A stretch of DNA of 64,000 nt from the human T2T-CHM13v2.0 reference genome, Homo sapiens: assembly GCF_009914755.1 (NCBI RefSeq), contig NC_060929.1. One strand, written 5' to 3'. A program made the translations under genes and the position numbers. Shown one piece after another: positions 25,937 through 40,900 of this stretch (within the stretch, counting starts at the first letter, position 1; every line of letters begins with the position of its first letter). The notes below the pieces were generated by a model. It was not told where the DNA came from. It ran no database searches and worked only from the letters and a program-made list of their open reading frames with translations.

Positions 25937-28900
25937 TTAGACAGAGCAGATTTGAAACACTCTTTTTGTGCAATTGGCAAGTGGAGATTTCAAGCGCTTT
26001 AAGGTCAATGGCAGAAAAGGAAATATCTTCGTTTCAAAACTAGACAGAATCATTCCCACAAACTGCGTTGTGATGTGTTCGTTCATCTCACAGAGTTTAA
26101 CCTTTCTTTTCATAGAGCAGTTAGGAAACACTCTGTTTGTAAATTCTGTAAGTGGATATTCTGACATCTTGTGGCCTTCGTTGGAAACGGGATTTCTTCA
26201 TATTCTGCTAGACAGAAGAATTCTCAGAATCTTCCTTGTGTTGTGTGTATTCAACTCACACAGTTGAACGATGGTTTACACAGAGCAGATTTGAAACACT
26301 CTTTTTGTGGAATTTGCAAGTGGAGATTTCAGCCGCTTTGAGGTCAATGGTAGAAAAGGAAATATCTTCGTATAAAAACTAGACAGAATGATTCTCAGAA
26401 ACTTCTTTGTGATGTGTGCGTTCAACTCACAGAGTTTAACCTTTCTTTTCATAGAGCAGTTAGGAAACACTCTGTTTGTAAACTCTGCAAGTGGATATTC
26501 AGACCTCTTTGAGGCCTTCGTTGGAAATGGGATTTCTTCATACTGTGCTAGACAGAAGAGTTCTCAGTAACTTCCTTGTGTTGTGTGTATTCAACTCACA
26601 GAGTTGAACGATCCTTTACACAGAGCAGACTTGAAACACTCTTTTTGTGGAATTTGCAAGTGGAGATTTCAGCCGCGTTGAGGTCAATGGTAGAAAAGGA
26701 AATATCTTCGTATAAAAACTAGACAGAATGATTCTCAGAAACTCCTTTGAGATGTGTGTGTTCAACTCACAGAGTTTAACCTTTCTTTTCATAGAGCAGT
26801 TAGGAATCACTCTGTTTGTAAAGTCTGCAAGTGGATATTCAGACCTCTTTGAGGCCTTCGTTGGAAACGGGTTTTTTTCATATAAGGCTAGACAGAAGAA
26901 TTCCCAGTAACTTCCTTGTGTTGTGTGTGTTCAACTCACAGAGTTGAACTTTCATTTACACAGAGCAGATTTGAAACACTCTTTTTGTGGAATTTGCAAA
27001 TGGAGATTTCAAGCGCTTTGAGGCCAAAGGCAGAAAAGGAAATATCTTCGTATAAAAACTAGACAGAATCATTCTCAGAAACTGCTCTGCGATGTGTGCG
27101 TTCAACTCTCAGAGTTTAACTTTGCTTTTCATTCAGCAGTTTGGAAACACTCTGTTTGTAAAGTCTGCACGTGGATAATTTGACCACTTAGAGGCCTTCG
27201 TTGGAAACGGGTTTTTTTCATGTAAGGCTAGACAGAAGAATTCTCAGTAACTTCCTTGTGTTGTGTGTATTCAACTCACACAGTTGAACGATCCTTTACA
27301 CAGAGCAGACTTGTAACACTCTTTTTGTGGAATTTGCAAGTGGAGATTTCAGCCGCTTTGAAGTCAAAGGTAGAAAAGGAAATATCTTCCTATAAAAACT
27401 ACACAGAATGATTCTCAGAAACTCCTTTGTGATGTGTGCGTTCAACTCACAGAGTTTAACCTTTCTTTTCATAGAGGAGTTAGGAAACACTCTGTTTGTA
27501 AAGTCTGCAAGTGGATATTCAGACCTCTTTGAGGCCTTCGTTGGAAACGGGTTTTTTTCATATAAGGCTAGACAGAAGAATTCCCAGTAACTTCCTTGTG
27601 TTGTGTGTGTTCAACTCACAGAGTTGAACTTTCATTTACACAGAGCAGATTTGAAACACTCTTTTTGTGGAATTTGCAAGTGGAGATTTCAAGCGCTTTG
27701 AGGCCAAAGGCAGAAAAGGAAATATCTTCGTATAAAAACTAGACAGAATCATTCTCAGAAACTGCTCTGTGATGTGTGCGTTCAACTCTCAGAGTTTAAC
27801 TTTTCTTTTCATTCAGCAGTTTGGAAACACTCTGTTTGTAAAGTCTGCACGTGGATAATTTGACCACTTAGAGGCCTTCGTTGGAAACGGGTTTTTTTCA
27901 TGTAAGGCTAGACAGAAGAGTTCTCAGTAACTTCCTTGTGTTGTGTGTATTCAACTCACACGGTTGAACGATCCTTTACACAGAGCAGACTTGTAACACT
28001 CTTTTTGTGGAATTTGCAAGTGGAGATTTCAGCCGCTTTGAAGTCAAAGTAGAAAAGGAAATATCTTCCTATAAAAACTAGACAGAATGATTCTCAGAAA
28101 CTCCTTTGTGATGTGTGCGTTCAACTCACAGAGTTTAACCTTTCTTTTCATAGAGCAGTTAGGAAACACTCTGTTTGTAAAGTCTGCAAGTGGATATTCA
28201 GACCTCTTTGAGGCCTTCGTTGGAAACGGGTTTTTTTCATATAAGGCTAGACAGAAGAATTCCAAGTAACTTCCTTGTGTTGTGTGTGTTCAACTCACAG
28301 AGTTGAACTTTCATTTACACAGAGCAGATTTGAAACACTCTTTTTGTGGAATTTGCAGGTGGAGATTTCAAGCGCTTTGAGGCCAAAGGCAGAAAAGGAA
28401 ATATCTTCGTATAAAAACTAGACAGAATCATTCTCAGAAACTGCTCTGCGATGTGTGCGTTCAACTCTCAGAGTTTAACTTTTCTTTTCATTCAGCAGTT
28501 TGGAAACACTCTGTTTGTAAAGTCTGCACGTGGATAATTTGACCACTTAGAGGCCTTCGTTGGAAACGGGTTTTTTTCATGTAAGGCTAGACAGAAGAAT
28601 TCTCAGTAACTTCCTTGTGTTGTGTGTATTCAACTCACAGAGTTGAACGATCCTTTACACAGAGCAGACTTGTAACACTCTTTTTGTGGAATTTGCAAGT
28701 GGAGATTTCAGCCGCTTTGAAGTCAAAGGTAGAAAAGGAAATATCTTCCTATAAAAACTAGACAGAATGATTCTCAGAAACTCCTTTGTGATGTGTGCGT
28801 TCAACTCACAGAGTTTAACCTTTCTTTTCATAGAGCAGTTAGGAAACACTCTGCTTGTAAAGTCTGCAAGTGGATATTCAGCCCTCTTTGAGGCCTTCGT

Positions 28901-31900
28901 TGGAAACGGGTTTTTTTCATATAAGGCTAGACAGAAGAATTCCCAGTAACTTCCTTGTGTTGTGTGTGTTCAACTCACAGAGTTGAACTTTGATTTACAC
29001 AGAGCAGATTTGAAACACTCTTTTTGTGGAATTTGCAAGTGGAGATTTCAAGCGCTTTGAGGCCAAAGGCAGAAAAGGAAATATCTTCGTATAAAAACTA
29101 GACAGAATCATTCTCAGAAACTGCTCTGCGATGTGTGCGTTCAACTCTCAGAGTTTAACTTTTCTTTTCATTCAGCAGTTTGGAAACACTCTGTTTGTAA
29201 AGTCTGCACGTGGATATTTTGACCACTTAGAGGCCTTCGTTGGAAACGGGTTTTTTTCCTGTAAGGCTAGACAGAAGAATTCCCAGTAACTTCCTTGTGT
29301 TGTGTACATTCAACTCACAGAGTTGAACGTTCCCTTAGACAGAGCAGATTTGAAACACTCTTTTTGTGCAATTGGCAAGTGGAGATTTCAAGCGCTTTAA
29401 GGTCAATGGCAGAAAAGGAAATATCTTCGTTTCAAAACTAGACAGAATCATTCCCACAAACTGCGTTGTGATGTGTTCGTTCATCTCACAGAGTTTAACC
29501 TTTCTTTTCATAGAGCAGTTAGGAAACACTCTGTTTGTAAATTCTGTAAGTGGATATTCTGACATCTTGTGGCCTTCGTTGGAAACGGGATTTCTTCATA
29601 TTCTGCTAGACAGAAGAATTCTCAGAATCTTCCTTGTGTTGTGTGTATTCAACTCACACAGTTGAACGATGGTTTACACAGAGCAGATTTGAAACACTCT
29701 TTTTGTGGAATTTGCAAGTGGAGATTTCAGCCGCTTTGAGGTCAATGGTAGAAAAGGAAATATCTTCGTATAAAAACTAGACAGAATGATTCTCAGAAAC
29801 TTCTTTGTGATGTGTGCGTTCAACTCACAGAGTTTAACCTTTCTTTTCATAGAGCAGTTAGGAAACACTCTGTTTGTAAACTCTGCAAGTGGATATTCAG
29901 ACCTCTTTGAGGCCTTCGTTGGAAATGGGATTTCTTCATACTGTGCTAGACAGAAGAGTTCTCAGTAACTTCCTTGTGTTGTGTGTATTCAACTCACAGA
30001 GTTGAACGATCCTTTACACAGAGCAGACTTGAAACACTCTTTTTGTGGAATTTGCAAGTGGAGATTTCAGCCGCGTTGAGGTCAATGGTAGAAAAGGAAA
30101 TATCTTCGTATAAAAACTAGACAGAATGATTCTCAGAAACTCCTTTGAGATGTGTGTGTTCAACTCACAGAGTTTAACCTTTCTTTTCATAGAGCAGTTA
30201 GGAATCACTCTGTTTGTAAAGTCTGCAAGTGGATATTCAGACCTCTTTGAGGCCTTCGTTGGAAACGGGTTTTTTTCATATAAGGCTAGACAGAAGAATT
30301 CCCAGTAACTTCCTTGTGTTGTGTGTGTTCAACTCACAGAGTTGAACTTTCATTTACACAGAGCAGATTTGAAACACTCTTTTTGTGGAATTTGCAAATG
30401 GAGATTTCAAGCGCTTTGAGGCCAAAGGCAGAAAAGGAAATATCTTCGTATAAAAACTAGACAGAATCATTCTCAGAAACTGCTCTGCGATGTGTGCGTT
30501 CAACTCTCAGAGTTTAACTTTGCTTTTCATTCAGCAGTTTGGAAACACTCTGTTTGTAAAGTCTGCACGTGGATAATTTGACCACTTAGAGGCCTTCGTT
30601 GGAAACGGGTTTTTTTCATGTAAGGCTAGACAGAAGAATTCTCAGTAACTTCCTTGTGTTGTGTGTATTCAACTCACACAGTTGAACGATCCTTTACACA
30701 GAGCAGACTTGTAACACTCTTTTTGTGGAATTTGCAAGTGGAGATTTCAGCCGCTTTGAAGTCAAAGGTAGAAAAGGAAATATCTTCCTATAAAAACTAC
30801 ACAGAATGATTCTCAGAAACTCCTTTGTGATGTGTGCGTTCAACTCACAGAGTTTAACCTTTCTTTTCATAGAGGAGTTAGGAAACACTCTGTTTGTAAA
30901 GTCTGCAAGTGGATATTCAGACCTCTTTGAGGCCTTCGTTGGAAACGGGTTTTTTTCATATAAGGCTAGACAGAAGAATTCCCAGTAACTTCCTTGTGTT
31001 GTGTGTGTTCAACTCACAGAGTTGAACTTTCATTTACACAGAGCAGATTTGAAACACTCTTTTTGTGGAATTTGCAAGTGGAGATTTCAAGCGCTTTGAG
31101 GCCAAAGGCAGAAAAGGAAATATCTTCGTATAAAAACTAGACAGAATCATTCTCAGAAACTGCTCTGTGATGTGTGCGTTCAACTCTCAGAGTTTAACTT
31201 TTCTTTTCATTCAGCAGTTTGGAAACACTCTGTTTGTAAAGTCTGCACGTGGATAATTTGACCACTTAGAGGCCTTCGTTGGAAACGGGTTTTTTTCATG
31301 TAAGGCTAGACAGAAGAGTTCTCAGTAACTTCCTTGTGTTGTGTGTATTCAACTCACACGGTTGAACGATCCTTTACACAGAGCAGACTTGTAACACTCT
31401 TTTTGTGGAATTTGCAAGTGGAGATTTCAGCCGCTTTGAAGTCAAAGTAGAAAAGGAAATATCTTCCTATAAAAACTAGACAGAATGATTCTCAGAAACT
31501 CCTTTGTGATGTGTGCGTTCAACTCACAGAGTTTAACCTTTCTTTTCATAGAGCAGTTAGGAAACACTCTGTTTGTAAAGTCTGCAAGTGGATATTCAGA
31601 CCTCTTTGAGGCCTTCGTTGGAAACGGGTTTTTTTCATATAAGGCTAGACAGAAGAATTCCCAGTAACTTCCTTGTGTTGTGTGTGTTCAACTCACAGAG
31701 TTGAACTTTCATTTACACAGAGCAGATTTGAAACACTCTTTTTGTGGAATTTGCAGGTGGAGATTTCAAGCGCTTTGAGGCCAAAGGCAGAAAAGGAAAT
31801 ATCTTCGTATAAAAACTAGACAGAATCATTCTCAGAAACTGCTCTGCGATGTGTGCGTTCAACTCTCAGAGTTTAACTTTTCTTTTCATTCAGCAGTTTG

Positions 31901-34900
31901 GAAACACTCTGTTTGTAAAGTCTGCACGTGGATAATTTGACCACTTAGAGGCCTTCGTTGGAAACGGGTTTTTTTCATGTAAGGCTAGACAGAAGAATTC
32001 TCAGTAACTTCCTTGTGTTGTGTGTATTCAACTCACAGAGTTGAACGATCCTTTACACAGAGCAGACTTGTAACACTCTTTTTGTGGAATTTGCAAGTGG
32101 AGATTTCAGCCGCTTTGAAGTCAAAGGTAGAAAAGGAAATATCTTCCTATAAAAACTAGACAGAATGATTCTCAGAAACTCCTTTGTGATGTGTGCGTTC
32201 AACTCACAGAGTTTAACCTTTCTTTTCATAGAGCAGTTAGGAAACACTCTGCTTGTAAAGTCTGCAAGTGGATATTCAGCCCTCTTTGAGGCCTTCGTTG
32301 GAAACGGGTTTTTTTCATATAAGGCTAGACAGAAGAATTCCCAGTAACTTCCTTGTGTTGTGTGTGTTCAACTCACAGAGTTGAACTTTGATTTACACAG
32401 AGCAGATTTGAAACACTCTTTTTGTGGAATTTGCAAGTGGAGATTTCAAGCGCTTTGAGGCCAAAGGCAGAAAAGGAAATATCTTCGTATAAAAACTAGA
32501 CAGAATCATTCTCAGAAACTGCTCTGCGATGTGTGCGTTCAACTCTCAGAGTTTAACTTTTCTTTTCATTCAGCAGTTTGGAAACACTCTGTTTGTAAAG
32601 TCTGCACGTGGATATTTTGACCACTTAGAGGCCTTCGTTGGAAACGGGTTTTTTTCCTGTAAGGCTAGACAGAAGAATTCCCAGTAACTTCCTTGTGTTG
32701 TGTACATTCAACTCACAGAGTTGAACGTTCCCTTAGACAGAGCAGATTTGAAACACTCTTTTTGTGCAATTGGCAAGTGGAGATTTCAAGCGCTTTAAGG
32801 TCAATGGCAGAAAAGGAAATATCTTCGTTTCAAAACTAGACAGAATCATTCCCACAAACTGCGTTGTGATGTGTTCGTTCATCTCACAGAGTTTAACCTT
32901 TCTTTTCATAGAGCAGTTAGGAAACACTCTGTTTGTAAATTCTGTAAGTGGATATTCTGACATCTTGTGGCCTTCGTTGGAAACGGGATTTCTTCATATT
33001 CTGCTAGACAGAAGAATTCTCAGAATCTTCCTTGTGTTGTGTGTATTCAACTCACACAGTTGAACGATGGTTTACACAGAGCAGATTTGAAACACTCTTT
33101 TTGTGGAATTTGCAAGTGGAGATTTCAGCCGCTTTGAGGTCAATGGTAGAAAAGGAAATATCTTCGTATAAAAACTAGACAGAATGATTCTCAGAAACTT
33201 CTTTGTGATGTGTGCGTTCAACTCACAGAGTTTAACCTTTCTTTTCATAGAGCAGTTAGGAAACACTCTGTTTGTAAACTCTGCAAGTGGATATTCAGAC
33301 CTCTTTGAGGCCTTCTTTGGAAACGGGATTTCTTCATACTGTGCTAGACAGAAGAATTCTCAGTAACTTCCTTGTGTTGTGTGTATTCAACTCACAGAGT
33401 TGAACGATCCTTTACACAGAGCAGACTTGAAACACTCTTTTTGTGGAATTTGCAAGTGGAGATTTCAGCCGCGTTGAGGTCAATGGTAGAAAAGGAAATA
33501 TCTTCGTATAAAAACTAGACAGAATGATTCTCAGAAACTCCTTTGAGATGTGTGTGTTCAACTCACAGAGTTTAACCTTTCTTTTCATAGAGCAGTTAGG
33601 AATCACTCTGTTTGTAAAGTCTGCAAGTGGATATTCAGACCTCTTTGAGGCCTTCGTTGGAAACGGGTTTTTTCATATAAGGCTAGACAGAAGAATTCCC
33701 AGTAACTTCCTTGTGTTGTGTGTGTTCAACTCACAGAGTTGAACTTTCATTTACACAGAGCAGATTTGAAACACTCTTTTTGTGGAATTTGCAAATGGAG
33801 ATTTCAAGCGCTTTGAGGCCAAAGGCAGAAAAGGAAATATCTTCGTATAAAAACTAGACAGAATCATTCTCAGAAACTGCTCTGCGATGTGTGCGTTCAA
33901 CTCTCAGAGTTTAACTTTGCTTTTCATTCAGCAGTTTGGAAACACTCTGTTTGTAAAGTCTGCACGTGGATAATTTGACCACTTAGAGGCCTTCGTTGGA
34001 AACGGGTTTTTTTCATGTAAGGCTAGACAGAAGAATTCTCAGTAACTTCCTTGTGTTGTGTGTATTCAACTCACAGAGTTGAACGATCCTTTACACAGAG
34101 CAGACTTGTAACACTCTTTTTGTGGAATTTGCAAGTGGAGATTTCAGCCGCTTTGAAGTCAAAGGTAGAAAAGGAAATATCTTCCTATAAAAACTACACA
34201 GAATGATTCTCAGAAACTCCTTTGTGATGTGTGCGTTCAACTCACAGAGTTTAACCTTTCTTTTCATAGAGGAGTTAGGAAAAACTCTGTTTGTAAAGTC
34301 TGCAAGTGGATATTCAGACCTCTTTGAGGCCTTCGTTGGAAACGGGTTTTTTTCATATAAGGCTAGACAGAAGAATTCCCAGTAACTTCCTTGTGTTGTG
34401 TGTGTTCAACTCACAGAGTTGAACTTTCATTTACACAGAGCAGATTTGAAACACTCTTTTTGTGGAATTTGCAAGTGGAGATTTCAAGCGCTTTGAGGCC
34501 AAAGGCAGAAAAGGAAATATCTTCGTATAAAAACTAGACAGAATCATTCTCAGAAACTGCTCTGTGATGTGTGCGTTCAACTCTCAGAGTTTAACTTTTC
34601 TTTTCATTCAGCAGTTTGGAAACACTCTGTTTGTAAAGTCTGCACGTGGATAATTTGACCACTTAGAGGCCTTCGTTGGAAAAGGGTTTTTTTCATGTAA
34701 GGCTAGACAGAAGAGTTCTCAGTAACTTCCTTGTGTTGTGTGTATTCAACTCACACAGTTGAACGATCCTTTACACAGAGCAGACTTGTAACACTCTTTT
34801 TGTGGAATTTGCAAGTGGAGATTTCAGCCGCTTTGAAGTCAAAGTAGAAAAGGAAATATCTTCCTATAAAAACTAGACAGAATGATTCTCAGAAACTCCT

Positions 34901-37900
34901 TTGTGATGTGTGCGTTCAACTCACAGAGTTTAACCTTTCTTTTCATAGAGCAGTTAGGAAACACTCTGTTTGTAAAGTCTGCAAGTGGATATTCAGACCT
35001 CTTTGAGGCCTTCGTTGGAAACGGGTTTTTTTCATATAAGGCTAGACAGAAGAATTCCCAGTAACTTCCTTGTGTTGTGTGTGTTCAACTCACAGAGTTG
35101 AACTTTCATTTACACAGAGCAGATTTGAAACACTCTTTTTGTGGAATTTGCAGGTGGAGATTTCAAGCGCTTTGAGGCCAAAGGCAGAAAAGGAAATATC
35201 TTCGTATAAAAACTAGACAGAATCATTCTCAGAAACTGCTCTGCGATGTGTGCGTTCAACTCTCAGAGTTTAACTTTTCTTTTCATTCAGCAGTTTGGAA
35301 ACACTCTGTTTGTAAAGTCTGCACGTGGATAATTTGACCACTTAGAGGCCTTCGTTGGAAACGGGTTTTTTTCATGTAAGGCTAGACAGAAGAATTCTCA
35401 GTAACTTCCTTGTGTTGTGTGTATTCAACTCACAGAGTTGAACGATCCTTTACACAGAGCAGACTTGTAACACTCTTTTTGTGGAATTTGCAAGTGGAGA
35501 TTTCAGCCGCTTTGAAGTCAAAGGTAGAAAAGGAAATATCTTCCTATAAAAACTAGACAGAATGATTCTCAGAAACTCCTTTGTGATGTGTGCGTTCAAC
35601 TCACAGAGTTTAACCTTTCTTTTCATAGAGCAGTTAGGAAACACTCTGCTTGTAAAGTCTGCAAGTGGATATTCAGCCCTCTTTGAGGCCTTCGTTGGAA
35701 ACGGGTTTTTTTCATATAAGGCTAGACAGAAGAATTCCCAGTAACTTCCTTGTGTTGTGTGTGTTCAACTCACAGAGTTGAACTTTGATTTACACAGAGC
35801 AGATTTGAAACACTCTTTTTGTGGAATTTGCAAGTGGAGATTTCAAGCGCTTTGAGGCCAAAGGCAGAAAAGGAAATATCTTCGTATAAAAACTAGACAG
35901 AATCATTCTCAGAAACTGCTCTGCGATGTGTGCGTTCAACTCTCAGAGTTTAACTTTTCTTTTCATTCAGCAGTTTGGAAACACTCTGTTTGTAAAGTCT
36001 GCACGTGGATATTTTGACCACTTAGAGGCCTTCGTTGGAAACGGGTTTTTTTCCTGTAAGGCTAGACAGAAGAATTCCCAGTAACTTCCTTGTGTTGTGT
36101 ACATTCAACTCACAGAGTTGAACGTTCCCTTAGACAGAGCAGATTTGAAACACTCTTTTTGTGCAATTGGCAAGTGGAGATTTCAAGCGCTTTAAGGTCA
36201 ATGGCAGAAAAGGAAATATCTTCGTTTCAAAACTAGACAGAATCATTCCCACAAACTGCGTTGTGATGTGTTCGTTCATCTCACAGAGTTTAACCTTTCT
36301 TTTCATAGAGCAGTTAGGAAACACTCTGTTTGTAAATTCTGTAAGTGGATATTCTGACATCTTGTGGCCTTCGTTGGAAACGGGATTTCTTCATATTCTG
36401 CTAGACAGAAGAATTCTCAGAATCTTCCTTGTGTTGTGTGTATTCAACTCACACAGTTGAACGATGGTTTACACAGAGCAGATTTGAAACACTCTTTTTG
36501 TGGAATTTGCAAGTGGAGATTTCAGCCGCTTTGAGGTCAATGGTAGAAAAGGAAATATCTTCGTATAAAAACTAGACAGAATGATTCTCAGAAACTTCTT
36601 TGTGATGTGTGCGTTCAACTCACAGAGTTTAACCTTTCTTTTCATAGAGCAGTTAGGAAACACTCTGTTTGTAAACTCTGCAAGTGGATATTCAGACCTC
36701 TTTGAGGCCTTCTTTGGAAACGGGATTTCTTCATACTGTGCTAGACAGAAGAATTCTCAGTAACTTCCTTGTGTTGTGTGTATTCAACTCACAGAGTTGA
36801 ACGATCCTTTACACAGAGCAGACTTGAAACACTCTTTTTGTGGAATTTGCAAGTGGAGATTTCAGCCGCGTTGAGGTCAATGGTAGAAAAGGAAATATCT
36901 TCGTATAAAAACTAGACAGAATGATTCTCAGAAACTCCTTTGAGATGTGTGTGTTCAACTCACAGAGTTTAACCTTTCTTTTCATAGAGCAGTTAGGAAT
37001 CACTCTGTTTGTAAAGTCTGCAAGTGGATATTCAGACCTCTTTGAGGCCTTCGTTGGAAACGGGTTTTTTCATATAAGGCTAGACAGAAGAATTCCCAGT
37101 AACTTCCTTGTGTTGTGTGTGTTCAACTCACAGAGTTGAACTTTCATTTACACAGAGCAGATTTGAAACACTCTTTTTGTGGAATTTGCAAATGGAGATT
37201 TCAAGCGCTTTGAGGCCAAAGGCAGAAAAGGAAATATCTTCGTATAAAAACTAGACAGAATCATTCTCAGAAACTGCTCTGCGATGTGTGCGTTCAACTC
37301 TCAGAGTTTAACTTTGCTTTTCATTCAGCAGTTTGGAAACACTCTGTTTGTAAAGTCTGCACGTGGATAATTTGACCACTTAGAGGCCTTCGTTGGAAAC
37401 GGGTTTTTTTCATGTAAGGCTAGACAGAAGAATTCTCAGTAACTTCCTTGTGTTGTGTGTATTCAACTCACAGAGTTGAACGATCCTTTACACAGAGCAG
37501 ACTTGTAACACTCTTTTTGTGGAATTTGCAAGTGGAGATTTCAGCCGCTTTGAAGTCAAAGGTAGAAAAGGAAATATCTTCCTATAAAAACTACACAGAA
37601 TGATTCTCAGAAACTCCTTTGTGATGTGTGCGTTCAACTCACAGAGTTTAACCTTTCTTTTCATAGAGGAGTTAGGAAAAACTCTGTTTGTAAAGTCTGC
37701 AAGTGGATATTCAGACCTCTTTGAGGCCTTCGTTGGAAACGGGTTTTTTTCATATAAGGCTAGACAGAAGAATTCCCAGTAACTTCCTTGTGTTGTGTGT
37801 GTTCAACTCACAGAGTTGAACTTTCATTTACACAGAGCAGATTTGAAACACTCTTTTTGTGGAATTTGCAAGTGGAGATTTCAAGCGCTTTGAGGCCAAA

Positions 37901-40900
37901 GGCAGAAAAGGAAATATCTTCGTATAAAAACTAGACAGAATCATTCTCAGAAACTGCTCTGTGATGTGTGCGTTCAACTCTGAGTTTAACTTTTCTTTTC
38001 ATTCAGCAGTTTGGAAACACTCTGTTTGTAAAGTCTGCACGTGGATAATTTGACCACTTAGAGGCCTTCGTTGGAAAAGGGTTTTTTTCATGTAAGGCTA
38101 GACAGAAGAGTTCTCAGTAACTTCCTTGTGTTGTGTGTATTCAACTCACACAGTTGAACGATCCTTTACACAGAGCAGACTTGTAACACTCTTTTTGTGG
38201 AATTTGCAAGTGGAGATTTTAGCCGCTTTGAAGTCAAAGTAGAAAAGGAAATGTCTTCCTATAAAAACTAGACAGAATGATTCTCAGAAACTCCTTTGTG
38301 ATGTGTGCGTTCAACTCACAGAGTTTAACCTTTCTTTTCATAGAGCAGTTAGGAAACACTCTGTTTGTAAAGTCTGCAAGTGGATATTCAGACCTCTTTG
38401 AGGCCTTCGTTGGAAACGGGTTTTTTTCATATAAGGCTAGACAGAAGAATTCCCAGTAACTTCCTTGTGTTGTGTGTGTTCAACTCACAGAGTTGAACTT
38501 TCATTTACACAGAGCAGATTTGAAACACTCTTTTTGTGGAATTTGCAGGTGGAGATTTCAAGCGCTTTGAGGCCAAAGGCAGAAAAGGAAATATCTTCGT
38601 ATAAAAACTAGACAGAATCATTCTCAGAAACTGCTCTGCGATGTGTGCGTTCAACTCTCAGAGTTTAACTTTTCTTTTCATTCAGCAGTTTGGAAACACT
38701 CTGTTTGTAAAGTCTGCACGTGGATAATTTGACCACTTAGAGGCCTTCGTTGGAAACGGGTTTTTTTCATGTAAGGCTAGACAGAAGAATTCTCAGTAAC
38801 TTCCTTGTGTTGTGTGTATTCAACTCACAGAGTTGAACGATCCTTTACACAGAGCAGACTTGTAACACTCTTTTTGTGGAATTTGCAAGTGGAGATTTCA
38901 GCCGCTTTGAAGTCAAAGGTAGAAAAGGAAATATCTTCCTATAAAAACTAGACAGAATGATTCTCAGAAACTCCTTTGTGATGTGTGCGTTCAACTCACA
39001 GAGTTTAACCTTTCTTTTCATAGAGCAGTTAGGAAACACTCTGCTTGTAAAGTCTGCAAGTGGATATTCAGCCCTCTTTGAGGCCTTCGTTGGAAACGGG
39101 TTTTTTTCATATAAGGCTAGACAGAAGAATTCCCAGTAACTTCCTTGTGTTGTGTGTGTTCAACTCACAGAGTTGAACTTTGATTTACACAGAGCAGATT
39201 TGAAACACTCTTTTTGTGGAATTTGCAAGTGGAGATTTCAAGCGCTTTGAGGCCAAAGGCAGAAAAGGAAATATCTTCGTATAAAAACTAGACAGAATCA
39301 TTCTCAGAAACTGCTCTGCGATGTGTGCGTTCAACTCTCAGAGTTTAACTTTTCTTTTCATTCAGCAGTTTGGAAACACTCTGTTTGTAAAGTCTGCACG
39401 TGGATATTTTGACCACTTAGAGGCCTTCGTTGGAAACGGGTTTTTTTCCTGTAAGGCTAGACAGAAGAATTCCCAGTAACTTCCTTGTGTTGTGTACATT
39501 CAACTCACAGAGTTGAACGTTCCCTTAGACAGAGCAGATTTGAAACACTCTTTTTGTGCAATTGGCAAGTGGAGATTTCAAGCGCTTTAAGGTCAATGGC
39601 AGAAAAGGAAATATCTTCGTTTCAAAACTAGACAGAATCATTCCCACAAACTGCGTTGTGATGTGTTCGTTCATCTCACAGAGTTTAACCTTTCTTTTCA
39701 TAGAGCAGTTAGGAAACACTCTGTTTGTAAATTCTGTAAGTGGATATTCTGACATCTTGTGGCCTTCGTTGGAAACGGGATTTCTTCATATTCTGCTAGA
39801 CAGAAGAATTCTCAGAATCTTCCTTGTGTTGTGTGTATTCAACTCACACAGTTGAACGATGGTTTACACAGAGCAGATTTGAAACACTCTTTTTGTGGAA
39901 TTTGCAAGTGGAGATTTCAGCCGCTTTGAGGTCAATGGTAGAAAAGGAAATATCTTCGTATAAAAACTAGACAGAATGATTCTCAGAAACTTCTTTGTGA
40001 TGTGTGCGTTCAACTCACAGAGTTTAACCTTTCTTTTCATAGAGCAGTTAGGAAACACTCTGTTTGTAAACTCTGCAAGTGGATATTCAGACCTCTTTGA
40101 GGCCTTCTTTGGAAACGGGATTTCTTCATACTGTGCTAGACAGAAGAATTCTCAGTAACTTCCTTGTGTTGTGTGTATTCAACTCACAGAGTTGAACGAT
40201 CCTTTACACAGAGCAGACTTGAAACACTCTTTTTGTGGAATTTGCAAGTGGAGATTTCAGCCGCGTTGAGGTCAATGGTAGAAAAGGAAATATCTTCGTA
40301 TAAAAACTAGACAGAATGATTCTCAGAAACTCCTTTGAGATGTGTGTGTTCAACTCACAGAGTTTAACCTTTCTTTTCATAGAGCAGTTAGGAATCACTC
40401 TGTTTGTAAAGTCTGCAAGTGGATATTCAGACCTCTTTGAGGCCTTCGTTGGAAACGGGTTTTTTCATATAAGGCTAGACAGAAGAATTCCCAGTAACTT
40501 CCTTGTGTTGTGTGTGTTCAACTCACAGAGTTGAACTTTCATTTACACAGAGCAGATTTGAAACACTCTTTTTGTGGAATTTGCAAATGGAGATTTCAAG
40601 CGCTTTGAGGCCAAAGGCAGAAAAGGAAATATCTTCGTATAAAAACTAGACAGAATCATTCTCAGAAACTGCTCTGCGATGTGTGCGTTCAACTCTCAGA
40701 GTTTAACTTTGCTTTTCATTCAGCAGTTTGGAAACACTCTGTTTGTAAAGTCTGCACGTGGATAATTTGACCACTTAGAGGCCTTCGTTGGAAACGGGTT
40801 TTTTTCATGTAAGGCTAGACAGAAGAATTCTCAGTAACTTCCTTGTGTTGTGTGTATTCAACTCACAGAGTTGAACGATCCTTTACACAGAGCAGACTTG

